Positions 37,521-49,730 of a DNA stretch of 64,000 bases are shown here, piece after piece. The DNA lies in contig NW_015164181.1 of assembly GCF_001447785.1 (NCBI RefSeq), forward strand, positions 3,792,374-3,856,373, given 5' to 3'. Below the pieces are notes generated by a model, which was not told the DNA's origin, ran no database searches, and saw nothing but the letters and a program-made list of their open reading frames with translations. Numbering within the stretch: the first letter of the stretch is position 1; every line of letters begins with the position of its first letter. The DNA is from Gekko japonicus (Eukaryota). The translations under genes were made by a program, and so were the position numbers.

Positions 37521-39872
37521 TAGGAATAAGGCCCGTTGTGGAAATAAATACAACGAGATCTAGAAAGAGGCTCTTGGAGAGTGCTCTGGCTTTGGGCAAA
37601 CAGTGTCAGTTTGCTGTGGTGACCTCAGCAGGGTATAATGACAGAGTCCACTGTTTTCTCCAGAGGAACTGATCTCTGCTACCTGAAGAGCAGTTGTAAT
37701 TTTGAGTGATCTCTAGTCCTCACCTGGATATTGGCAACAATTGTTACCCAGGATGAAATGGCTGGTTTGGAGGGTGGAATCTATGGCATTCTACCTGTCT
37801 GAGGTCCCACCCCTCCGTAAACCCCACCCTCTCCAGGCTCCACCCCTCAAATCCCCAGGAATTTGCCAGCCTGGAGTTGGCAACCCCATCTCCTTCCCAG
37901 CTAACCATCAACCTACCATTATCTGCCCCTTTGACTTCAGCTGACTTCCGCCCTCCCTTCTGCAGAGCAATTGTAATTTTGAGTGGTCTCCAGCCCTCAC
38001 CTGGAGATTGGCAACAATGGTTCCCCATGAGGGACTGAGTGGTTTGGAGGGTGGAGTCTATGGCATTGTACCTGTCTGAGGTCCCACCCCTCCTCAAACC
38101 TCACCCTCTTCAGGCTCCATCCCTCAAATCTCCAGGAATTTCCCATCGGGAGTTGGCAACCCTATCAGGATTGGCCCCAATATGTTTTCTCCCAAAGGCC
38201 AAAGTAGGTGACTGGACCAAACTAAGTTGCCTACCATCAGGCACTGAGGGGAAAGTAGGGTTGCCAGCTATAAGGAGGGAAATACCTGGAGTGTTGGGGG
38301 GTAGATTCTGTAGAGGGCAGCATTGGGGGGGCGTGGAAGGACTCAGCAGGTATAATGTCATAAGGTCTACCCTCCAAAGCAGGCATTTTCTCCAGGGGAA
38401 ACTGTCATCTAGAGATCAATTTTAGCAGTGGGAGATCTCCAGGTCCCACCTAGGGAAACCCTAGGGGAAAGTCAGCTGCACAGCAGGGGGTTGAAGAGAA
38501 TGGTTTGATGGGTGCTGGGCCAAGATTGGCAACAATAGTTCCCCAGGAGCAAATAGCTGGGTTGGAGGGTGGAGTCTATGGCACTGTAACCTGTCTGAGG
38601 TCCCCCTCTCCGGCCTCCACTCCTCAAATCTCCAGGATTTTCCATACCTAAAGCTGGCAACTTTATCTCCTCCCCTCTCAGTAGCCTCTTATTTTGCCTT
38701 AAATTGGTTTTGATGCCAGCAGAGTGAGAAAATGCCAGAGGCTCTGGGTGGGTGCCTCATCGTAAATGCACCAAACAATTCCTAAAGATTTGCCAAAACA
38801 CTACTCTGTCGACAAATTGCAGCACTTTGAATTAGCACCAGAGCTTTAAGAGCTCTCCAGCTGTCACCTGGAGACTGGCAACAGCTTGTTTGGAGGGTGG
38901 GGAGTATGGCATTGTATCTGTCTGAGGTCCTCCTCTTTCTCTTCCTCCTCCTCCTCCTCAGACCCCACCCTCAGCAGGCTTCATTCCTAAACTATCCTGG
39001 AAGTTTCCAACCTGGAGTTGGCAACCCTATGTCCTTTCCAGGCAACCAACAGCCTAACCTTTATCTGCCTGTCTGTCTTCAAGTTTACTTCCCCCCCCCA
39101 GCCTCTGCCTAGGGAAAGCAGCTGTCATAATTCTCCTCTCCCCCTATGAGGTATGTTAAGGTTGAAAGTGTGTGAATGGTCCATAATCCCCCAGGCAGCT
39201 TTTAAAACATGATCCTGGGACCTACACACCACCAGACATTCCAACTGCCTTGCGGGGGGGGGGAGTATGAGGTGTGGAATGGAGTGGGAACCAAAGCAGC
39301 TGACATCATTCTCCTCTCCCCCGTATGATCCACACAACTACCCTATGAGGCATGCTAAGGTTGAAAGTGTGTGAATGGTCCATAATCCCCCAGGCAGCTT
39401 TTAAAACATGAACCTGGGACCTGCACACCATCCTCAAAATATATATATATGGTATCAGATTGATCTAATTTCTGTGCACTGAGGACAAGCAAGTCCTAGG
39501 TTACAAACTGAACTCTCCAATGCAAGAACAAGATGCATTTCTTCCTTTAGGAGGTGCGATTGTCAGAAGAAAATAAAAAGGGTTCAGTTTTGTTTTTGCA
39601 TGTGGGTAGGTATTCTGTTTGTAATAATTGTTTGGATACACTATATTTTTAATATGCTAGTTGTGATAATTTCATGCCAAGTAAAAATGTCCATAGTCAT
39701 ATTTTATGTTCCTAAAGTAACAGAATGACTTTCAATCTAGAAAAGACAAAAGAAATGCTAATGCAGCATTTTTTTCAATTTTTCCGAAAATTTCCGTTTC
39801 CCCCCGAAAAAAACTGGAAAAAACCCGGGGGATTTTCCGAGCTTCAAAATTTCCGGAAATTTTACATCTCTA
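37265..39872. mobile_element. 2.6-kb non-autonomous hAT-like element inserted into a 5S-derived SINE
   Basis: Ends TAGAGATGTGAAA / TTTACATCTCTA, subterminal CGGAAA/TTTCCG repeats, perfect 8-bp TSD GAGATCAC. The SINE continues on both sides. Confidence 0.85.
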
Positions 39873-40087
39873 GAGATCACCAAAGAAATCCAGGGTTGCT
39901 ATGCAGAGGCAGGCAATGGCAAACCACTCCTGAATGTATTTTGCCTTGAAAACCCTAGAGGGTCGCCATAAGTCAGCCGTGACTCAAGAGCACTTTCCAC
40001 CACCATCAGCATTGTGCATTAGTAGATATTTCTGCAAGCAGGCAGGGTGCAAACTGGAGATGGCAGGCTAGAGAAATCCTCTTTTTA

Positions 40088-40517
40088 GGCCCCTGCCACA
40101 CCGGGGGGGGGGGAATGCGCGGCCTACGTGCGGCTTTTGGAAGCCGCACCAAAATAGACACGTGGCGGCGGGATCACACAGATCCCCCGAGCCGCGCACG
40201 ATCAGATGCCGGAGAGGAAGCCACGGTTGGAAGACCGTGGCAGCTGGCTGTGCATGCGTGCGCATGCGCAGTTCGGCCAGGAGCCAGGGATGGGCCAGCA
40301 GAAAGACGCGCCGGCAATCCCACGGCCACGCTTGCCGTGTCCTTTCAGGTAAGACCACCTCTGTCGGTGGTTCTTTTTTGCAGCGGGTTTTCGGGGGTAG
40401 GGACGGATCGGGGACGGGTGCACGCCGCTTCCCAGATGTTGCGGTGAGATCGCGCCCGTTTGCTGCGCCCCCGATCCGTCCCTATCCCGGGCCAAACCCC
40501 TCCGTGTGACCGGGACC
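40088..40517 (-). mobile_element. CpG-rich PIF/Harbinger-like MITE
   Basis: GGCCCCTGCCACAC...GTGTGACCGGGACC with TTA TSD. Confidence 0.8.
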
Positions 40518-41290
40518 TTAGTTTTGCTATTGTGTTACGTATCTGTTGCAGAGGAAGACTCTGGAATTGAAAGCATTGCATTTGATTGAGAAGGAGCTAA
40601 GAAAAAGGGGGAGGGTGGAGAATGGAGTGTAGCACAACTTCAGCAGGTTTAGGAATAAGCCTCATTGTTTTCAAAAGGGACCTATTCCCAAGTATGCAGA
40701 CATAAGACTGCAGCCTGCCTGGTCCTCTGCAAGTTCTCTCAGAAGCAACTCCCACTGGGTTCAGTGGACTTACTGTCTTGTAAGTGTATTGGTGAGGTCT
40801 GTAATTTATTAATCAATTGCCACCCTTGGAGAGTTAGACCCAACTCATGAACTTTAAACTGAAAGTGTGAAATATAAATGTTTTAAATTTCACACACACT
40901 CACACACATTTCCAGAAGATGGCACAATAGGATCTGGAATCCCTCCCTTTCCTTATTGGCTTGTTGTCTTCTTTTTTTTTAACACAAAACAACACCGGAA
41001 GGAAACTTCTGCTTCCTGATTATGACTACACTCGGGGCCTTATGACTTCGCAGCTGCCCAGTTACGTTAAAGTTAGAGACTACACCCGAGGTCTTAGCGG
41101 TCTGGCAACCACCATATCAAAGACTCTGGATTTCTTTGAACTCTGCATTCCGAAGACAAGAAGCAAGACATTCTTACAAAAATGTTCTCTGACCCTCTGA
41201 AACGGAACTGGCTGTTGTGACGACACCTTCAGCATCCAAGACGGTACTGATTTTTTGCCACTATGCGGATACCTATGTTAACCTAGGTAA

Positions 41291-41420
41291 GGCTACGGTC
41301 ACACACACTAAATAATCTACTTTCAATCCACTTTCCAACTGGACTTTGCAAGTTCACACACTAAAAATCCAGTTGGAAAGTGCACTGAAAGTGGATTATT
41401 TAGCATGTGTGACTGCAGCC
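41291..41420. mobile_element. Short Harbinger-like MITE
   Basis: GGCTACGGTCACACA...TGTGTGACTGCAGCC with TAA on both sides. Confidence 0.75.
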
Positions 41421-43141
41421 TAAGAGAGACAGAGTGGGCGTGGACAATACTTAGAAGCACTCTGTGGTGTTGGTGGGAGTTCAATTTCATGCAATAAAAT
41501 GGCTGTCAAGTCCAGAGCTACATGCAAGCTTTATGGGCCTTCACGAATAGTGTTCGAGGTGGCCTCTCCATCACAGCTCATCCATCTGTCTCTCATTACA
41601 CACTCTTTTTAGTCTGGTTGCAAAGCAGGGGTTTTTAATAAACAGCTTGTGTGCTATTGATAGCTTGTTGGCTGCTGCAGTGAAGCTCGCGTATCTCTTG
41701 GAAGAACCCAAAAAATGCGGCAAAAGATTCAGCTCTAAACTTTTTAGAATGGTTTTAGTTCATAAGATTTTAATCTGTGCCTTTTTGGTGCTGTTCAGCT
41801 GATAGCTTCATTTCCGGTGTTCTTCCTAGTGCATGTTCTGTTTATAGAACAGAACAAAACTTGGTAACAATAACATGCCGGTGGGGGGGTGGGGAGTAAC
41901 TTAGGATATTTGTTCAGTACTCAGAAGTAGTTCTCATTAAAGAAAAGGTTGTAGAACCTTGGCAAAGGGAGCATAAATGCTACTTCAATGTTGCAGGGGC
42001 TTCTGGGCCCATCGCAAGAGGGGCTTGTATGGTTGCCAACTTCCTGGAAAGAGAAAATACCCATCTCTTCCATAAAGATGTAATTGGATGTTATTTACCA
42101 GCATGTCATGAAAAGCTTCAGCTGCCCATTTCTGAACATTAAAGCCTCTATTGCAGGCACAGGACATTTTCCTCCATGTTTGTTGGCTACTTTAGCTAGC
42201 CTTCGGGTGAGATCTGGGAATCTCCTGGAATTACAGCTCATCTCCAGACTACAGAGGTCAATTTTCCTGGAGAAGATGGATGCTTTGGAGGATGGACTTT
42301 ATGGCATTGTACCTCACTGAGTTCCTGTTCTCCCCAGGCTCCATCCTCAAATCTCCAGGACTTTCCCAACCTGGATCTGGCAACCCTACCCCCCCATCCC
42401 CTGTCAGTGGCTGGGGGGACCTGGCAACCCTATCTTAGGGGGCTGCATGATTTTGCTCTCCGCTTCCTCCACTGCCTCCAGACAGTGGAAGGAAGATAGG
42501 TCCAGCATGGTGTAGTGGTTAAAGTGTCAGACTAAGCCGTGGGTGACCCAGGCTCTAATCGCCACTCTTCCATGGAAGCTTACTGGATAACCCTAAGCCA
42601 ATCTCACACTCTCAGCCTCACCTACCTCACAGGGTTATTGAGAGAGTAAAATGGAGGATAAGAGAATTATATAAGCCACATTAGATCCCCATTGGGGAGA
42701 AAGGCAAGGGTATAAATCAAATAAATTTCTTTTTGGGGTGCCCCCTTTGCCAGGCTGTGGCAGATGTCCAACCATAGCAGTTGATTTGGACTGAAAGCAG
42801 GTTAAAAATATAATGAAGAATGATTTGAACAGAACCACGAGGTTTTTTACTATAGGCTTCTGGAAGGAAGAGCTGTGGCTCAGTGGCAGAGCATCTGCTT
42901 GGCCTGCAGAAGGTCCCAGGTTCAATCCCCAGCATCTCCAGCTGAAAGAAACACGTAGTAGGTGATGGGAAAGACCTCTGCTTGAGACCCTGGAGAGTGA
43001 CTGCCAGTCTGAGTAGACAATACTGACTTTGATGGACCAAGGGTCTGAATCAGTTTAAGGCAGCTTCAAATCTCCTGTGTTTTTTTAATAAAAACAATTA
43101 CCGAGGTATTCTGCACAATGTTAGGCCAGCAACATAGCATC

Positions 43142-44576
43142 TCACTGTGTGCTACGTATTGAGAGAGATGTGGCAGATCTTGTTTGAAACAGAGAGACAA
43201 TTTTTTTTCTGGGCACCTTCAGTTCTGTACAACCAAATCCAAATGCTCCATAATTGGGGTCAGGTAAACTTGCTCCACACTGGGTCCAGCTCAGGAGGCC
43301 TGGCTCCCAGTAATGGATAGCATTGGAACAGCAGTCATTGCAGTTGCCCCCAAAGACATAAATCCTCTTCTGCCAGCGAGCGACTCCTGGATAAGAGATT
43401 GAGATGGGCAGTGGTGGGATACAGATGTCTTGGTTCATTGTGCCATCTTCTAGCAGGCAGGCACAGCGTCCAGTGAATCGGCGACCCCCGAGGGCGATGT
43501 CTTCAGTCAGCCCACCGACGACAAAGATACAGTTGTCCAGTGCAATGGCGCTTGCCTCACAGAATTCAAATGTCATGAGGACCTGGTTCCAGGCTTCTGA
43601 TACAAGGTCATAAACCAGAAATCCCCCGAATGGGTTTGGCATGTCAGGGTCTCCTATGCTTGTCTCTCCACCGATAAGGTACAGTTTGTGCCTGAATGTT
43701 GCAGAGGCAAAGTAGGCCAAGGGGAAAGGCAGGCTGGAGATAGGGACCCATTCTTCTTGCTCCAAGTCAAAACATTCAGCAGATGTGAGGGGTCCCGTAT
43801 TATCCCAGCCAGCAGCAGCATATAGCTTATTGTGGCAGAGTTGGAATGCATGCCACGCTCGAGCTGTAGACATGGAGGGGAGCTGGGACCAGCGGCCCCA
43901 CAGTGCGTCATATACAAACAGATTGTCCGAACAGGAATTGTCTAAGCACCGTCCACCAGCTACGTAGAGTTTGTGGCCCTTGGAGGTGCAACCCGGGAAG
44001 GTCAGTGATTTCAGATCGGGCAGCTGTTCCCATTGTTCAGTGGAAAGGTCAAAGAAGTGCACGTGAGAATCTAGCTCCTCATTCTCTGGACTCATCTCGC
44101 TCCACTTTGGCAGCCCGATACACACCACTCCTTGGTGGTACATGCCCTGCCTGAGCCCTCCACTGGCCTTCAGTCTTTCTTCTGCACTGAGTTCCTCCCA
44201 CTGCAGCCGCACGGGCTGGCAAAATCCTTCCATGTCACCCTGGACCTCAGCAAGCTCTTCCGGTGTCATCAAAGGAAGGCGGACGTGAGCCATCAGTTCT
44301 GCCAGTTTCAGGAGGCGCTCGCCAGGATTACACTTGACCCAGCGGCGCACGGCCCTGTACACAATCAGTTCAGACTCCACCACCAGGTTGTCTGAGGAGA
44401 TGAGGCTGACCAGGGTGCTGAAGTCAAGAAGCAGAAAGGCCGGACACTCTGAAAGGTGTTCAAAATGGAAGGCGACGTAGGACAAGGTTGGGCGGAGGAG
44501 AGGCCGGTGGTTATGGGAATACGCCAGGGTGTAAAACTCCAGGCAATTCTCCATGGAAATGCTCCCCTTGAGGAAT
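43142..44576 (-). CDS. Kelch-like (BTB-BACK-Kelch) protein, last coding exon: BACK domain and Kelch propeller
   Basis: Acceptor CTCCTTGTAG|A. BACK: MENCLE...LISSDNLVVESELIVYRAVRRWV...VRLPLM. Kelch repeats KLYVAGG / KLYAAAG / KLYLIGG / IFVVGG / IYVFGG with YD...W. ATTAAA ~55 nt past the stop. Confidence 0.93.
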
Positions 44577-44977
44577 CTACAAGGAGCAACAAAGGAGTCT
44601 CATTTGGTTTGTTTATATATTTAAAACATTTCTATCCTGCCCTGTCTCTTTGAGCTCACGGTGAAGAACACTGTATCACTAAGCGGCAAGGTGACGGTTA
44701 AACGTGAAACATATTGCACAACATAACCAATCGGAAAATATTTACACGTAACACACATTCAAGAATTAAAGTACACAGAATTAGTAAATGCAGAGCTGGA
44801 TCTGCTGGAAAAATTCACCCTCCACCAAATGCTTTCTGGAAGAGGACCGCCTTGCATGCTTTCTGGCAGGCCATTCCAGGGACTGGTAGCACCTATTTAC
44901 TTCCCTTTACCTCCTGTCATTCTCCTTCTGTGCCTTGAACAGCTCCGATTTATGGGCAGAACCATGTGTATTCCATG

Positions 44978-45319
44978 CAGAGGTCGATTCGGGGGGAATC
45001 GCGGGGGATCGCAGTTCCCCCGGGTGAGGTGCGGGGGGGCGGGGCACACAACGAAGCCCTGCCCCCTGCTTCTGGCCGCCCCGCTTCCGGCCCTCATTCA
45101 GCCAGGAGGAGGCAGGAGAAGAGGGAGGGTAAGTTGCTTCCTCCCCGCCTCTCCCCACCCCTGCCTGCCTGGGGCCAGGGAGGGCCTTGGCGGGGCTTCC
45201 TCACACTCCCGCCGGCCTTGCAGGTCCACCGCCGGGCCCCTGATGTCAGGGGGTGTGGCATATGCTAATGAGTTATGCTAATGAGTTCCCCTAACTCTTT
45301 TTCTACGAAACGACCCCTG
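44978..45319 (-). mobile_element. Young non-autonomous hAT element
   Basis: TIRs CAGAGGTCGATT / AAACGACCCCTG; 8-bp TSD ATTCCATG; near-identical to 57232-57571. Confidence 0.85.
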
Positions 45320-45706
45320 ATTCCATGTATGCCAGACACAAATATTCTACATTCAAGTTTCTGAATTCTGCACCAAGACAACCAATACTCTGCAATTTAT
45401 TGAAATTATGCATAAATTCCTCTTTATTTTTGCAATACTTTGCCACGTCTGTGAGCAAAGATTAGGGGTTAAAGAATTTCCCCCATTCTTTTCCTTTTAT
45501 TGTTCCAAAAATTTGTTTGATGCTTAAAAAATGAATTGTGAAAATAGAGCACTAACAGTGTACTGGGGCTGTCAGCTAGTTATTTGTATTCTTCCACACT
45601 GATGTTATTAATACATGTACTCTCCTAAAACACTGCAATATATCAGCACGACCTATGTATGACTACATCAAGATTCATATTTGTATGACGTTTTACTGAT
45701 ATGTAA

Positions 45707-46060
45707 GGAGCTGTGGTGGCTGAAGTGGTTAAGACACTGAACTGCAGGCTGTGGAAGGTCGGTAGTTCAGCAGTTTGAGACCCGAGTTGCCTCATGACGG
45801 AGTGAGCTCCCGTCTCTAGTTCCAGCTCCTGCCAACCTAGCAGTTCGAAAGCAAGAAATTGCAAGTAGATAAATAGGTACCACTTCAGTGGGAAGGTAAC
45901 AGCGTTCCGTGCGCCTTGGTGTTTAGTCATGCCGGCCACATGACCACGGAAACGTCTCCGGACAGCGCTGCCTCTTCGGCTTTGAAATGGAGATGAGCAC
46001 CGCAACCCTAGAGTCGGATTCGACTGGCTTTCGAGCAAGGGAACCTTTACCTTTACTTTT
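45707..46060 (+). mobile_element. Sauria SINE (Squam1)
   Basis: Same family as 6717; TSD TTTTACTGATATGTA. Confidence 0.88.
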
Positions 46061-46291
46061 ACTGATATGTACATGTGCTGTTGTTGAGCATTGATGGTCG
46101 AGCATCACACAAAAAAGATGCAGTCAAGGTCTGATCACATCAAGACAGAGGAATGGAGAATTCTCACCATGTGGATTCAGCATTAGAAATACAGAACTTT
46201 GAAATCCTGGAGAAATTTGGATGAGGAGCTTCCTTACTGTGCATTTTTCAGAGATGTATCTTTTAGTGCACCAAACCCTGGTCTCTGTTAC

Positions 46292-46519
46292 CTGCTGATA
46301 ATTTGCAGTGCAGGCATGACCTGAAGCCTGCTGGCTGCTGTGAACAGCTCTTCCGCCTGTCCTGCAGTGAGAACCAGTTCTCCTGTGTAGATGTAATCCA
46401 GGAGGGTCCGGAGGGAAGAGTGAGAGAGCTCCTTCAGCACGATTTCCTGTTCCCGAGATTCTTTGAAGGAGCTGGCAAACATGCGCTGGAAGTAGGAGCT
46501 GACTGAAGCCAAGACTGGC
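46292..46519 (-). CDS. Kelch-like protein, coding exon 3 (BTB domain)
   Basis: TCTCTTTCAG|G...AG|GTAACA; PVLASVSSYFQRMFASSFKESREQEIVL...LLDYIYTGEL...AASRLQV; phase 2/2. Confidence 0.92.
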
Positions 46520-46645
46520 CTGAAAGAGAAGACAGGAGCAGAGTTACGCACAGCCCAGCATCTCTGCACATTTCCCAGGCTGTATGTTCACGTGGAAAAA
46601 CCATGCATGGTTCTGTCACAAGATGTGTATAAATTACACAACTTT

Positions 46646-47024
46646 GGCCCGGTTCACACGGAGGATTTGCCGCGGGAGAGCAACAATTGCATGGCGGATT
46701 ATCCGGGCGTGATCACACCTCAAAATCTGGGAAGTGGAGCGCACCTGTGGCAAACCCATGGCGTACCGCCGAAAATGTGCAATTAAAAACTACCTGCTCA
46801 AAGGTACTAGCAACCGGTTTGCCACGGGCTGCCTCCGGAGTCCCTCGGTGTGATCGCGCCGGCCGCGGCTTTTCCCTCCGGCCCCTCGTTGATGCGCAGG
46901 CACGGAGGGAAGGAATCGTGGCGTGCCGCCAACCCATGGGATTGTGTTATGGCGTCTCTAATTGCGGCGGCGCAAAAAGCCCTGCCTCCCCCCCGTGCGT
47001 TATCCGGCCCGTGTGACTGGGGCC
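46646..47024 (+). mobile_element. PIF/Harbinger-like MITE
   Basis: GGCCCGGTTCACACG...CGTGTGACTGGGGCC with TTT on both sides. Confidence 0.75.
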
Positions 47025-47862
47025 TTTGCCTGGTTTCTCTTAGTTTATGCTGTTTTTGCCAAGCATGAAGAGTGGGAATAGGAGACAGACAGGCATTGAA
47101 TCCCACCCACCCCCATATCTTGCTAAGCAACTCTTCTGTGTCCCTGATTTCAGAAGGAACTTCCAACGCATGCTGTTTACACACATCTATGGAGAGCTAC
47201 GGGCTAGTTAATTGCTCTGCATTAAAGGAAAGCTGAGTTGCTCAGGATGTTGAGTTCAGCAGCAAAACCCCAGCTTCTTTGGCTTTTGTGCAACTCACAG
47301 CATCTATATGTCTGGGTGTCTGCTCAAAATTCTTCCAAGCTTGCCTCTGTCTTCCCAGAAGCCCTGTGCAGTTACATATCCCACTGATTTTCTCCATCCC
47401 ACCTACTTTCTGAAATATCCACTACATCTTAAGTTCTTATTTAACACCAACATGCCAGCTCTCCCATTGTAGCTCAGAAGCTTCTAGCATTTGCATATAA
47501 ACACATATTTGCTTTCTCCTTCAAACACCCTCATCATGCACTTTCCCTTCCACGTTCCTTTTGTCTCCCTAACTGGCTGTCATTTCCTGACGATCTCACT
47601 GTTCTAGCTCATTCCCATCTAGAATATTGGAACCAGTAAACCCAAATCTACACAATCGCACAAGGTGCTGACACGTACCACAACCCCCTACCTGCCAGCC
47701 TATCAGAATAGCTACAACCTCTACCCTGTCATGGCCACAACCTCTACCCCACACAGTCAAATGCATGCCACTTACTCATCTGGCTATCTTTCTAAGGATT
47801 CTATAGGACTGTGAGCCACCATGAAGACTTCTTCACAAACTAATATACAAATGCTTCAGGTA

Positions 47863-48302
47863 GGCCCCGTTCACATGAGGCGATTTGGCCCGGGAACGGG
47901 ACAGTTTGGGGCCAGATCAAACCGGCGCGATCACACCACAACATCTGGGAAGCGTCTTGCTTCCGTGGCCGAACTGTCCCTTTCCCGGGAAAATGCGCCT
48001 CAAACTGAACCACCTACCTCGGTGGTTCAAATGGATGAGGCGCCTCTTCCCGGGCGTCTGATCGCCGGCGCGTCTTTGCGCCGGCACAACCCCGGCCCGG
48101 ATCCGAACTGCGCATGCTCCGACATGCGCAGTTCGGCCGGCCCCCGGTTAGGGCCGGCTTTTCTCCCCGGCGTTTGATCGCGCCGGGGAGAAAAGGCGGC
48201 TCGGCCGGGGATCCGTGGGATCCCACCGAGCCGTGTCAACGTTGGCGCGGCTTTTAAAAGCCGCGCCTCAAGAGGCTTTTCCCCTGCCGTGTGGCAGGGG
48301 CC
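47863..48302 (+). mobile_element. CpG-rich PIF/Harbinger-like MITE
   Basis: GGCCCCGTTCACATG...CGTGTGGCAGGGGCC followed by TAA. Confidence 0.75.
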
Positions 48303-48421
48303 TAAAATAACACCCCAAGGCTGCTACACACCCTGTTAAGTCCTCATGCTCTATTAATGGCCTTGCTCTTTCTGTTAAAGCCTCTCTGGGAGCCCTTCCT
48401 ACAGGTAGCAGAGCAGCTTAC

Positions 48422-48500
48422 CTGTGACAAGGGAACATTCTTCCTTCGGCCACTAGAGTGACATCACAGAGTTGTTGAGACTGATACAGTTGATTGATCC
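48422..48500 (-). CDS. Kelch-like protein, coding exon 2 (start of BTB)
   Basis: CACTGCAG|GG...CACAG|GTAAGC; GINQLYQSQQLCDVTLVAEGRMFPCHR; phase 1/2. Confidence 0.9.
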
Positions 48501-49533
48501 CTGCAGTGGGTGGGAAAATGTACAGTTGAGGCAAAACCGAGCTCATAAGAAAAACAGGATCACGAAACTGCGGGGGAAATCGGGCGAAGCTGCGGGTCAA
48601 AATGCAGCCCCGCAGCTTCGGGTGTGAAATTGACCAATAGTATCGGGGCGAACGGCGGCGCAACACCGAGGCAGCTCTAGTGCGAAATCAGCCCTAGTCA
48701 GCATCCTGTTTCCAACAGGGGCCGGTTAGATTCTTCCAGGAAGCTCACAAATGGGAGTTTTCTTCTGTTGTTTCAGCATTCAGTGCTCTGGGCTAGACTG
48801 CTGCTGAATATGGAGGTTCTATTCCCAAGTATCATGGCAAATAAGAGCACCAGAGCCCTGTTGCATCATACCAAAGGCCCATCTAGCCCAGCATCAACAA
48901 CCCGCCAGATTCCTCTGGGAAGTCCAAAAGCAGGACAAGAAGGCAAAAACCTCTCTTCACCATTGCCCCTCCCCTAGTAAGAGGTGTCTGCTGCCTCTGG
49001 ACATGAAGGATGCATTTAGTCATCACTACTAACAGCTGTTGAAAGACCTTTTCTCAGGAAAGGGAGAAAAGGTTATCTACTTTCTCTGCATCCTTAATGT
49101 CCCCCCCCCCAAATTCTCTGCCATTTCTAAGCTAAAACATAGGTGGAGAGAATGCTGGTGGAAGAGGGTATTAAGGAAGATGAACGGCTTGTGGCCTCAG
49201 CACATGGAACAGCACAAGGACTTAAGACCTATCTGGATCAGACCAGCCATGTTGGGGGAATACTCTTCTAAGCAATAGTAAAGAGAGTCTCCCTGCATCC
49301 ATAGGCAGCACTGACTGTGAAGACACTTCTCCACCAGATGACTAGGTACTGACAAGCAGTTTCTGTTTTTACATCACTGCCGAGAAACTGTAAAAGTGGG
49401 AGCAGAGAGAATGACAGCGTGAATCCATCTAATGTACCTTTCCCATTTTAGACTTTGGCAGGGATACTTTATAAAGTATTTGTGTTCCAAAGGGGCCTCA
49501 TTGGAACCTCCCCCCAAGGTGATCCAACCTGAC

Positions 49534-49636
49534 CCTGTATAATGCGGTGCTTCAGAGATAAGGTGTCTGTTTGGATACTGTTGGTCTCCATGTCTGGGGC
49601 CTTTGAAAAGCTGAGATTCTTAGATCGTTGGGACAT
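49534..49636 (-). CDS. Kelch-like protein, coding exon 1
   Basis: Strong acceptor TTCTTCTCATTTTCAG|ATG; MSQRSKNLSFSKAPDMETNSIQTDTLSLKHRIIQ-G|GTCAGG. Phase 1 joins to GINQL, giving the typical pre-BTB helix. Total 1845 nt = 614 aa. Absent from the ORF track. Confidence 0.75.
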
Positions 49637-49730
49637 CTGAAAATGAGAAGAACAAACACCTAAGTCTTTCTGTTGGGATTATCTATATACCTATGTACAC
49701 TCTACTGACACAGTGTGGTTGGTTAAACCT

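Noticed and set aside
48503-48666. N-terminal extension of ORF 48418..48666
   Set aside because: Lies upstream of a good acceptor, has no BTB-like sequence, and the phase-compatible exon at 49534-49636 fits better.
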